NCBI GenBank assembly: GCA_963771075.1
Contig: CAVYSE010000021.1
Location: 1-64,000, forward strand
Reading direction: 5' to 3'
Source: a candidate division FCPU426 bacterium
GTDB lineage: Bacteria; Oederibacteriota; Muellerivitia; Muellerivitales; Muellerivitaceae
DNA length: 64,000 bases
Under the pieces are notes generated by a model, which was given only the letters and a program-made list of their open reading frames with translations, searched no databases and was not told the origin of the DNA. Within the stretch, counting starts at the first letter, position 1. Each line of letters opens with the position of its first letter. This document shows, piece after piece, positions 9,642-17,478 of the stretch. Made by a program: the position numbers and the translations under genes.

Positions 9642-9669
9642 TGTCTACGATGGGGACCCATCGTGGACA
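9642..9669 (+). repeat. Array site R7, next to the intron 5' end
   Basis: TGTCTACGATG GGGACC CATCGTGGACA. Confidence 0.9.
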
Positions 9670-9775
9670 GGTTTAACGACCTGTCATGGACGGTGTTTTT
9701 AACCGATTTGATGTATTAAACTTCATTGTGATATACACCATCCAGATTTAATATGGTGTATCAGGAGGTGAATCC

Positions 9776-9979
9776 ATGGCACGCACAAATATCGTCCTTG
9801 ACGACGAATTGATCCGGCAAGCGGTTCGATTGACGGGGGCAAAGTCCAAACGCGAGGCGGTCGATATCGCCTTGAGAAAGCTCATCAAACAGGCGGGGCT
9901 CTACCAAAAATTCCTCAAGCTTGAGGGGAAACTGCATTGGGAAGGCGACCTGAAGCAAATGAGAAAAAGCAGGGTATGA
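9776..9979 (+). CDS. vapB: VapB-type antitoxin
   Basis: MARTNIVLDDELI...SKREAVDIAL; translationally coupled to the PIN toxin. Confidence 0.88.
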   Translation: MARTNIVLDDELIRQAVRLTGAKSKREAVDIALRKLIKQAGLYQKFLKLEGKLHWEGDLKQMRKSRV

Positions 9980-10368
9980 TTGTCGTTGATTCATCGGTTT
10001 GGATTGATTATTTCAACCACCATCCTTCTCCTACCGCCGAGAAGTTGAAAACCTGTTTCGCCGCCGAAACCCCATTGGCTATTATTCCCATGGTTCTAAT
10101 GGAAGTATTATCCGGGTTTAAGTCCGACACGGATTTTAAAAAAGCTTTGGATTTCATGTTGGACTTGCCAATTATTCAAACCGGCCCCTCCGTTCACGTC
10201 AACGCAGCCCGGTTGTTCCGCCATCTTCGACAAAAGGGTATTACCATAAACGGTCATGGCGATTGTCTGATAGCCCAAGCTTGCATCGAAAACGGGGCTC
10301 ATCTTCTGGCGGTGGACAGTGACTTCGAACATATCGCACGCCATTGCTCTTTAAAACTAGCCCATTAA
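9976..10368 (+). CDS. vapC: VapC PIN-domain toxin
   Basis: MIVVDSSVWID...EVLSG...DCLIA...DSDF. Confidence 0.92.
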   Translation: MIVVDSSVWIDYFNHHPSPTAEKLKTCFAAETPLAIIPMVLMEVLSGFKSDTDFKKALDFMLDLPIIQTGPSVHVNAARLFRHLRQKGITINGHGDCLIAQACIENGAHLLAVDSDFEHIARHCSLKLAH

Positions 10369-10401
10369 TATTCAAGCCTGAAATTGAGACAAGGTTCAGG
10401 T

Positions 10402-10429
10402 TGTCCACGATGGGGACCCGGAATGGACA
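10402..10429 (+). repeat. Array site R8
   Basis: TGTCCACGATG GGGACC CGGAATGGACA. Confidence 0.92.
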
Positions 10430-10482
10430 AAGAAAAATGGATAATGGTTTGTCTGCCGAAGCCTTGGCGAAGGTAGTTGGCC

Positions 10483-11806
10483 TGATAACATGAAAAAGGC
10501 TGCAGAGCTCCAAGCGTAGAGCGTCTCCACTTAAGTGGGACGAGGCTCTAGGATAAACCCAGAGTCGAAAAGGCACTCACCTTTGCAGGTGGTGCAAAAC
10601 GCTTAGGAGGTGCAGCCGTGGGACAGTATATCGGAGTAGACCTACACCAGAAAACATCCTACGTCACGAGAGTGAATGAGAAAGGAAAGGTGCTGGAACA
10701 AGTCGATCTGAAGAACGACGCGGATACTTTAAAGGCTTATTTCAAGAAGCAACCCGTGAGTAGCCAGGTCGTAGTAGAAGCCACAGGTCATTGGTATCAC
10801 TTTTACGAACTCATCGAGGATCGATTCCCCAACCTGGTATTGGCCCACCCCCAAAAGGTCAAAGCCATAGCCTCGGCCAAGATCAAGACGGATAAAATTG
10901 ATTCGGGAATCCTGGCTCAACTTTTGCGGGTGGATCTGCTGCCACGAGCCTATGTGCCACCCCGAGAGATCCGCGACTTACGGGAAATCCTTAGGTACCG
11001 GGCTTCCCTGGTGCAATTGAGAACACAAGCCAAAAACCGGATGACTTCGGTCATGACCAAGGCGGGAATCGAACCCGTTACTAAAAACCGATTCGGAATA
11101 AAGAACTTCCGCGAACTTGCCACGGTAGGTACCCGGCCTTGCTACCGTTTGGAACTGGACGGATATATGGAAGTAATCCGGGAACTAGGCCAAGAGATCG
11201 CCAAATCAGAAGAGGTGATCAAGAAAATGGCAGCAGAAAGCCCGGAAGCCCAGCTGATGATGACCATGCCAGGCGTGGGTGCCTTTTCGGCTTTATTAAT
11301 TTTGAGCGAGATTGGGGATATTCGCCGGTTCCCGGACGCGGAACATCTATGTTCTTATGGTGGATTGGTCCCCAGTGTTCACGCATCAGGGGGAAAAAGC
11401 CACAACGGCCACATCACCAAACAGGGTTCTAAATGGATTCGCTGGATATTGGTTGAGAACTCGCTTCATGCCATTCGCAAAACCCGACGGTATGGGACCT
11501 TATACACGAGGGTGAAGAAGAAGCATGGGAATAACGCGGGACGAATAGCAGTAGCAAGGGCTATGCTGAAAAGCATCTTTCATATGTTACGAAAGAAGGA
11601 AGCTTTTGAGGACTGCCCGGCCAGCTCCGACGGGGTCTGACACAACCCGCAAGAGTTGAGGTCCTTGGCCTGATTGAGCGGCCGGGTCCAACGTTATCGT
11701 GCGGTGAAACAACCGCGAATAGGTGACTGACTTGTAGTCCTTTGAGACTCAGGTTGGACTTGGGGCCGTGATACTACGCTTTTGCCTGGACATTCTTTTT
11801 CATAGG
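10483..11806 (+). mobile_element. IS110-family element, IS1111-like
   Basis: Subterminal inverted repeats ATGAAAAAG (10490-10498) and CTTTTTCAT (11795-11803) flank the transposase, with ~160 bp of non-coding sequence on the right. Exact ends are inferred from IS1111 convention. Confidence 0.7.
10618..11640 (+). CDS. IS110-family transposase
   Basis: YIGVDLH, VEATG, KTDKIDS and GLVPSVHASG motifs. Confidence 0.95.
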   Translation: MGQYIGVDLHQKTSYVTRVNEKGKVLEQVDLKNDADTLKAYFKKQPVSSQVVVEATGHWYHFYELIEDRFPNLVLAHPQKVKAIASAKIKTDKIDSGILAQLLRVDLLPRAYVPPREIRDLREILRYRASLVQLRTQAKNRMTSVMTKAGIEPVTKNRFGIKNFRELATVGTRPCYRLELDGYMEVIRELGQEIAKSEEVIKKMAAESPEAQLMMTMPGVGAFSALLILSEIGDIRRFPDAEHLCSYGGLVPSVHASGGKSHNGHITKQGSKWIRWILVENSLHAIRKTRRYGTLYTRVKKKHGNNAGRIAVARAMLKSIFHMLRKKEAFEDCPASSDGV

Positions 11807-11858
11807 TGACCCCGATTTTTCGTTGGTGTTTGTTACTTTCATTTATGAGGGTGGTTAT

Positions 11859-12383
11859 ATGCTTGATTTAACAAAACTTAAAAACTATTTATGGCGCCCA
11901 TTTGAAATTGAGAGCAAGCGCCCGGTTAAAACAATCCAAGACGGAATCTCTAAAAAGGTAATCAAAGAGATGTCGTTTCAATGGTTGCCTGATGAGAAGC
12001 TGAGGGGAAAATCGACTAACGGTCATTTTGAGATTTCTTATAAACCTCTTTCCTCATACTTTATGAGAGGCGCGGGCTCTTTGACAATGCGGGGTGTTAT
12101 CGAAAGCGAGGGAACGGGCAGCCGCATTTATGGCCATTTGCCCGGTCCGCCCTTTGCGGTTTATTTACTTTTGGCCATATGGATTGGTTTTTGTATCATG
12201 CTTTTAAATCAATTTATCCGAGAGGCTTTAGCCCATAATTTTGTTGCGTCAGAACAACTTCCGCTTTGTATCGTCGGACTTATCTTTCCAGGCATGGCGG
12301 TTATCATTTTTTTCTTTGATAGGGAAGCCAACAAGGCTGGCGAGGGGAAAATATTGGATTTGCTGAAAGCGATCGTCAAATAA
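11859..12383 (+). CDS. Hypothetical membrane protein
   Basis: ORF with two C-terminal transmembrane segments; GAGG RBS. Confidence 0.75.
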   Translation: MLDLTKLKNYLWRPFEIESKRPVKTIQDGISKKVIKEMSFQWLPDEKLRGKSTNGHFEISYKPLSSYFMRGAGSLTMRGVIESEGTGSRIYGHLPGPPFAVYLLLAIWIGFCIMLLNQFIREALAHNFVASEQLPLCIVGLIFPGMAVIIFFFDREANKAGEGKILDLLKAIVK

Positions 12384-12427
12384 TGACACAAAGGGGTCGG
12401 CCATTAACCATTTCGGAACGAATTAAT

Positions 12428-12455
12428 TGTCCACGACGGGGACCCTTCGTGGACA
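12428..12455 (+). repeat. Array site R9
   Basis: TGTCCACGACG GGGACC CTTCGTGGACA. Confidence 0.92.
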
Positions 12456-12502
12456 AAGAAAAGCTGTAGATTGAGCCGGGAAATATTTGAGGTGAAATAT
12501 TC

Positions 12503-12985
12503 ATGAATTATGTACCTGTTTTTGATGTTGGCCATGTCGGGGTCACCTATTGGTTTATAAAGTTTTGGGTGTTCTTGGTCGTTCCTGTTTTTTTAGGAAT
12601 TTGGGGGTTGGTGGTGGGTAGAAAATCCACCGTTTCCAGGCCGGTAAAGATTCTGTATTTAATTTTCTGGGTTATTTCATTTCTTTTTTGCGCTTACTCT
12701 CCAACCAGCGATTTTTTAAATCTTCGCGAGGCATTGTTGACTGGTAAATGCAGTGTTGTGGCAGGCGCTGTGACTGATTTTGTTCCAATGCCTGGTGAAG
12801 GGCACAAAAATGAATCATTTAAAGTTCAAGGAACAGGTTTTTCCTATTCCGATTATTCACCCCAAGCAGGGTTTAACAATTCTTCTTCCCATGGTGGTCC
12901 GATTAAAGAAGGCCTTAAAGTTAGGATTTCTTATTTGACTGAAAATGGAGAAAATGAAATCGCTAAACTTGAAATCGTTAATTGA
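12503..12985 (+). CDS. Hypothetical membrane protein
   Basis: GAGGTG RBS; two N-terminal transmembrane segments, then a soluble beta-rich domain. Confidence 0.8.
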   Translation: MNYVPVFDVGHVGVTYWFIKFWVFLVVPVFLGIWGLVVGRKSTVSRPVKILYLIFWVISFLFCAYSPTSDFLNLREALLTGKCSVVAGAVTDFVPMPGEGHKNESFKVQGTGFSYSDYSPQAGFNNSSSHGGPIKEGLKVRISYLTENGENEIAKLEIVN

Positions 12986-13013
12986 ATAATTCAGTGGGGC
13001 GGTTCTGAACTGT

Positions 13014-13041
13014 TGTCCACGAAGGGGACCCGTATTGGACA
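13014..13041 (+). repeat. Array site R10
   Basis: TGTCCACGAAG GGGACC CGTATTGGACA. Confidence 0.92.
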
Positions 13042-13072
13042 ACCAAAAAATGGTTTATTTGGAAAATTTTAA

Positions 13073-13606
13073 ATGAGACCACCTGATATTATCGAAACGA
13101 CCCGACTTCGATTGAGGCCCCCTGAAATTGCCGATGCGGTGTCCATTTTTGAAAGTTACGCCCAGGATCCCGAAGTTGTGAAATTTTTAACCTGGCACCC
13201 TCACAAAAACGTCAAAGAAACCCAAACATTTCTTAAAGGTGTTTTGGATAGGGCTCAAAATGCCACCCGATTTCCCTATGTGATAACCCGATTAACAGAC
13301 GGCCAATTTCTCGGAATGTTCGAGTTGAGGTTGGATGGGCACATGGCTGACGCGGGGTACGTCCTTGCGAAAGCCCATTGGGGAAAAGGTTATATGACCG
13401 AAGCGGTAAAAGTCTTTGTGGAGTGGAGTCTCGCACAAGAGAGCATTTTCAGATTTTGGTCAATCTGCGACATCGAAAATCCAGCTTCTGCCAGGGTCAT
13501 GGAAAAAGCCGGAATGAAGCTTGAGGGAATTTTGCGTCGACGAATCATTCATCCAAATGCAAGTAAGGAACCCAGGGATGTATATTGTTATTCAGTAGTT
13601 AAATAG
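13073..13606 (+). CDS. GNAT N-acetyltransferase, RimJ/RimL type
   Basis: IETTRLRLRP, HWGKGYMTEA and ENPASARVMEKAGM motifs. Confidence 0.92.
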   Translation: MRPPDIIETTRLRLRPPEIADAVSIFESYAQDPEVVKFLTWHPHKNVKETQTFLKGVLDRAQNATRFPYVITRLTDGQFLGMFELRLDGHMADAGYVLAKAHWGKGYMTEAVKVFVEWSLAQESIFRFWSICDIENPASARVMEKAGMKLEGILRRRIIHPNASKEPRDVYCYSVVK

Positions 13607-13615
13607 AAAAAGCGT

Positions 13616-13643
13616 TGTCCACAACGGGGACCCGGATTGGACA
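13616..13643 (+). repeat. Array site R11
   Basis: TGTCCACAACG GGGACC CGGATTGGACA. Confidence 0.9.
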
Positions 13644-13707
13644 AGGGATAAATGGCTCAAGGCCTTAACACTAGGTTTGACTACATACTCGGGAGTTAAA
13701 TGCCAAC

Positions 13708-14364
13708 ATGGACAAAAAAGCAGTGGTTTTGTGGACTGGCGGAAAAGATTCTTCCTTGGCCTTCTATGAAGCCGTTTCAATGGGATATAAAGTGAACGCT
13801 CTTGTCACTTTCGCTCCCGAAAATGAAAGGTTCCTCGCCCATCCCCTGAAATTCATGAAGCGTCAAGCGAAGGCTATTCATCTCCCTCACCGGACGATCC
13901 ACATTCGTCCGCCCTTTAAGGAGGGTTACGAAAAGGCGATCCAAGGCTTGAGCCGAACGATCGGTACATTGGTTACCGGCGACATTTCGGAGGTGGACGG
14001 CCATCCAAACTGGATCAGGGAATGCAGCAAGAAAAGTGGCGTAGGTGTTCTTACGCCCCTTTGGAAACGTAACCGAGTTGAAATCCTCCGCAAACTTCTT
14101 TCCCTCGGATTCAGCGTTATCTTTTCCTGCGTGAAAAAACCTTGGCTTGCTAAGGAATGGGTCGGCCAGACGCTCGACGAGCGATGTTTGAACCGGTTGA
14201 TGGAAATACACAAAGAAACCGGGTTGGATGTTTGTGGGGAAAACGGGGAATACCATACCTTGGTTACGGACGGTCCTCTATTCAGGAAAGGCATTCAAAT
14301 CACCAGTCAATCGATTTGCACGGAAGGTAAGTTTATGTATATGCAAATCAAAAGAATGAAATAG
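13708..14364 (+). CDS. Diphthine-ammonia-ligase-like ATP pyrophosphatase (DUF71)
   Basis: WTGGKDS PP-loop and DVCGENGEYHTLV motif. Confidence 0.9.
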   Translation: MDKKAVVLWTGGKDSSLAFYEAVSMGYKVNALVTFAPENERFLAHPLKFMKRQAKAIHLPHRTIHIRPPFKEGYEKAIQGLSRTIGTLVTGDISEVDGHPNWIRECSKKSGVGVLTPLWKRNRVEILRKLLSLGFSVIFSCVKKPWLAKEWVGQTLDERCLNRLMEIHKETGLDVCGENGEYHTLVTDGPLFRKGIQITSQSICTEGKFMYMQIKRMK

Positions 14365-14389
14365 CTGCACATGGGCAAGCCCGTGGTAC

Positions 14390-14406
14390 TGTCCACGGCG
14401 GGGAGC
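14390..14406 (+). repeat. Terminal half-site R12 (left arm plus spacer only)
   Basis: TGTCCACGGCG GGGAGC with no TGGACA right arm; 25 bp after the last cassette stop. Confidence 0.65.
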
Positions 14407-14660
14407 ACCAAGCTCCCAGCTTGGTGCAGTGGTCGTGGTCAAGCAGAAATAAGACGGATAACCTAGCCTGGAAATCACTCAAACGGGTTAAAAGGAGGCT
14501 GGATGCCGATCACCAACAGCAGTTCCGGGACCCGTAAACGGGGTCAGTCATCAATTATTAAAAATATCTAAATCGCCAGATATTCCTTATACCGCTCGGA
14601 ATTATTTAAAAGGCAGTAAATCCTTGATAGCCACTATTCATTTTAAGGCCCCTACGAGAC

Positions 14661-14713
14661 CGGCTCCGAAAACGACACCTTCAACCCGCCCCGCAGGGTG
14701 GTGCGGCTGGCGG
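14661..14713 (+). repeat. 53-bp direct repeat, right copy
   Basis: 48/53 identical to 2701-2753. Confidence 0.85.
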
Positions 14714-14852
14714 GGGGGCAATCCGTAATAAGCCATGACGGTGAACCGATATCCTTTAAAACCTGGGTACCACCCCTTATCCCAATACAAAGGGCCCGGC
14801 CCCTTTGTTATTAGACAACCGTATGTCAACTTATTAGTCAACCGAAGGAGAT

Positions 14853-15137
14853 GGTAGTGGGTCAGTTTGAATAATTCCCCACTTCCCCCATGCCTCTATT
14901 GAGAAAAATGATAGGGGGCATGGGGACGTCCCCATTTTTATTTCGTATGTTTCCAAATGAAGAAATGGGGGTGAAAAAGGGGGGCAGGGGGGTATTAGCC
15001 TTTAACTAAAAAGCTAACTCCCCCTTAATTCCCCTCTTTCATGCTGTTCCTCATATAAATTTCAGTTAATGAGAACAGTATAGTGCTTTAGCACAGAGGG
15101 GGAAAAAGAGGGTCCACCATCAAACTGATCTACTACC
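14853..15137. mobile_element. MITE (285 bp)
   Basis: Terminal inverted repeats GGTAGTGGGTCAGTTTGA / TCAAACTGATCTACTACC (16/18) and an 8-bp target duplication AAGGAGAT at 14845-14852 and 15138-15145; no ORF inside. Confidence 0.8.
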
Positions 15138-15193
15138 AAGGAGATCATGAGCCCCACGGCTCATGGCCATGGGCTGGACAAGGGGCCAACCCT

Positions 15194-16249
15194 TTACCGG
15201 TCGGACCTTTTCAACGCCAAGCGGAGGGATGTGGTATAGGGCGGCCGGCAGATGCCCGTTTCCATGACGATCCCCGTGATGAGTTTTCCGGGGGTGACGT
15301 CAAAAGCGGGGTTGTAAACGGGATATTCTTCCTTCGCGATGGGATAACCCTGGGGATGGGTCACTTCCCGGGAGCCCCGCTGTTCAATGACGATTTCCTC
15401 GCCGGTTTTTTTGGTCAAATCCAGCGTGGTCGTTGGCGCCGATATGAAAAAAGGGATCCCGTGCGCCTTGGCCAATACCGCCAGCGAATAGGTGCCGATC
15501 TTGTTCGCCGTGTCCCCGTTCGCCACGATCCGGTCCGCCCCGACGATCACCGCGTCGACCTTCCCCTGTTTCATGACGAAAGCGGACATGTTGTCCGTGA
15601 TTAAATGGAAGGGGACCTTGGCATGGGCGAGCTCGAAGGCCGTCAAGCGGGCGCCCTGCAAATAGGGCCGCGTCTCATCCACCCACACGTGCACTTTCTT
15701 GTTCCGCCGATAGGCCTCCAGGATTCCCGCCAGGGCCGTTCCCTGCCCCCCGGTCGCCAAAGCCCCCGTGTTGCAATGGGTCATGATTTGGGCGCGCCCC
15801 CTTAGGGCGTCCGCCCCAAAGCGGCCCAGCTTTTGGCACAGTATTTCATCTTCCCGGTGGATGGCGAGGGCCTCGCGCTCGATGGCCTTTTTCTGGAAGC
15901 CGACCGGCTTCCCCCCGTTTTCCATGAGAAGTTCGCGCATCCGGTCCAAGGCCCAAAAAAGGTTGACGGCCGTGGGGCGGGTTTTCCTCAGGCGGGCGAT
16001 GCCCTTTTCCACCTGGTTCACGAACACTTGCGCGGAATTCGTCTTGGCGTTTTTCGCGCCCACCGCGACCCCATAGGCCGCGGTGACCCCGATGGCCGGC
16101 GCGCCCCGGACCGTCATGTCCTCGATGGCCTTCGCGGTTTTCTCAACCGTGTCGCACTTGACCCAGACTTCTTTGAAAGGAAGCAACCGCTGTTCTAGCA
16201 GGTAGAGAATTCCATTTTTCCACCGGATGGGCTTCAGGGCTTCGGTCAT
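15194..16249 (-). CDS. mtnA: S-methyl-5-thioribose-1-phosphate isomerase
   Basis: VRGAPAIG, TRPTAVNL, THCNTGALAT, ETRPYLQGARLT and NKIGTY motifs. Confidence 0.95.
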   Translation of the reverse strand: MTEALKPIRWKNGILYLLEQRLLPFKEVWVKCDTVEKTAKAIEDMTVRGAPAIGVTAAYGVAVGAKNAKTNSAQVFVNQVEKGIARLRKTRPTAVNLFWALDRMRELLMENGGKPVGFQKKAIEREALAIHREDEILCQKLGRFGADALRGRAQIMTHCNTGALATGGQGTALAGILEAYRRNKKVHVWVDETRPYLQGARLTAFELAHAKVPFHLITDNMSAFVMKQGKVDAVIVGADRIVANGDTANKIGTYSLAVLAKAHGIPFFISAPTTTLDLTKKTGEEIVIEQRGSREVTHPQGYPIAKEEYPVYNPAFDVTPGKLITGIVMETGICRPPYTTSLRLALKRSDR

Positions 16250-16300
16250 ATTCGCTCCTATTGGATATAAAAAGTCGTAACTGCTCAGGTCAGGCAAGTC

Positions 16301-16601
16301 GTCATTGCGAGGGTCAGCCCCAACCCTTCGACTTTGCTCAGGGCCCTGAGGCTCTCGAAGGGTCGGGGCGGTTTGTCCTACGTTGCCCAATGGGCAACGT
16401 AAATCAGGACTATGCCGCTAACCCTTTGTCTTTTTTTGTAAAGCGGCATGAACCAGGCATGTAGTAGTTGGCCTGAATTCGGCCAACCATCCTGGGGCTT
16501 TAGCCCCAGGACAATCTCAGGTTGTACACCTTGAACCTACGGCAAAACCTGAGATTCCCACGTCGCAAAACGAGCCTATCGGCTCTGCTCCTCGGAATGA
16601 C
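16301..16601. repeat. Nested REP-like palindromic intergenic element
   Basis: Outer pair GTCATTGCGAGG / CCTCGGAATGAC; inner hairpins CCCTTCGA...TCGAAGGG, TACGTTGCCCAATGGGCAACGTA and CCTGGGGCTTTAGCCCCAGG. Confidence 0.55.
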
Positions 16602-16640
16602 TTCAAACCGAGACACTACCAAATGTTTTTTTGCTGTCCC

Positions 16641-17465
16641 TTATTTGCTTTCCAAGCTCATCGCCACTTCTTTCATCAAGGCCGTGAGTTTCGGTTCGGC
16701 TTCCTGCGCGTGCTTGATGATTTGGGTGATATCGGCGGGTTCCAGGGTGTCCGCCACGCACTTGTCCGTGACCACCGAAATGCCCAAAACCTTCAATCCC
16801 GCGTGCACCGCCACGATCACCTCGGGAACGGTGGACATCCCCACCACATCCGCCAGGGTGGAAAGCCAGCGGTATTCGGCCCTCGTCTCGAGGTTGGGGC
16901 CGGTCACCGCAACATAAACCCCCTTCTGGACCTGGATCCGTTTATCCCAGGCGATCTTTTCCGTCAAGGCGATCAATTCCTTGGAATAGGGCTCCGCCAT
17001 GTCGGGCCAGCGCGGCCCCAAGCGGTCGTCATTTTTGCCCAGGAGGGGGTTGTCCCCCATCATATTGATGTGGTCCTCGATGATCATGAGGTCGCCGGGA
17101 TGGTAGGCGCGGTTCATCCCCCCGCAGGCGTTCGAGACCAGGAGATACTTCACCCCCAATTCCTTCATGACCCGGACGGGGAAAGTCACCTGCTGGAGCG
17201 TATAACCCTCGTAACGGTGAAACCTTCCCTTCATCGCCACCACGTCGGTTTTTCCCAATTGGCCGAACACCAATTCGCCCGCGTGGGATTCCACGGTCGA
17301 AAGCGGGAAATGGGGGATCTGGCCATAGGGCAGGACCTGGGGGTTTTTGATCTCATGCGCCAAGGCTCCCAGCCCGGTGCCCAGGATGATCCCCACCTTC
17401 GGTTTGGCCTTGATCGTCTTCTTGATCTCCCGAACGGATTCCTGGACTTGATCGAATATTTCCAT
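16641..17465 (-). CDS. punA: Purine-nucleoside phosphorylase, trimeric type
   Basis: GIILGTGLG, GRFHRYEG and VGMSTVPE motifs. Confidence 0.92.
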   Translation of the reverse strand: MEIFDQVQESVREIKKTIKAKPKVGIILGTGLGALAHEIKNPQVLPYGQIPHFPLSTVESHAGELVFGQLGKTDVVAMKGRFHRYEGYTLQQVTFPVRVMKELGVKYLLVSNACGGMNRAYHPGDLMIIEDHINMMGDNPLLGKNDDRLGPRWPDMAEPYSKELIALTEKIAWDKRIQVQKGVYVAVTGPNLETRAEYRWLSTLADVVGMSTVPEVIVAVHAGLKVLGISVVTDKCVADTLEPADITQIIKHAQEAEPKLTALMKEVAMSLESK

Positions 17466-17478
17466 TGCGCCCTCTCCT

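Larger units (their letters stand above)
2853..14406 (+). mobile_element. Gene-cassette-like array delimited by 28-bp palindromic direct repeats
   Basis: 11 full sites and 1 half site in the same orientation separate 11 modules. All module genes are on the + strand, and each site lies about 0-45 bp after a stop codon. Confidence 0.85.

Noticed and set aside
2852..13644. TTGTCCAC words as DnaA boxes or oriC
   Set aside because: They occur only as arms of the 28-bp palindrome, one per gene interval, with no box cluster or dnaA context.
2853..14406. 28-bp repeats as a CRISPR array
   Set aside because: The intervals are 0.4-2.6 kb and contain whole genes, the repeats vary internally, and there are no cas genes in the window.
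2853..14406. Repeats as canonical integron attC sites
   Set aside because: They are too short, lack the RYYYAAC...GTTRRRY arrangement and variable loop, and no intI is seen.
2853..14406. Repeats as ordinary rho-independent terminators
   Set aside because: There is no U-tract on the coding strand, many copies have mismatched inner stems, and sequence and exact length are conserved across unrelated genes.
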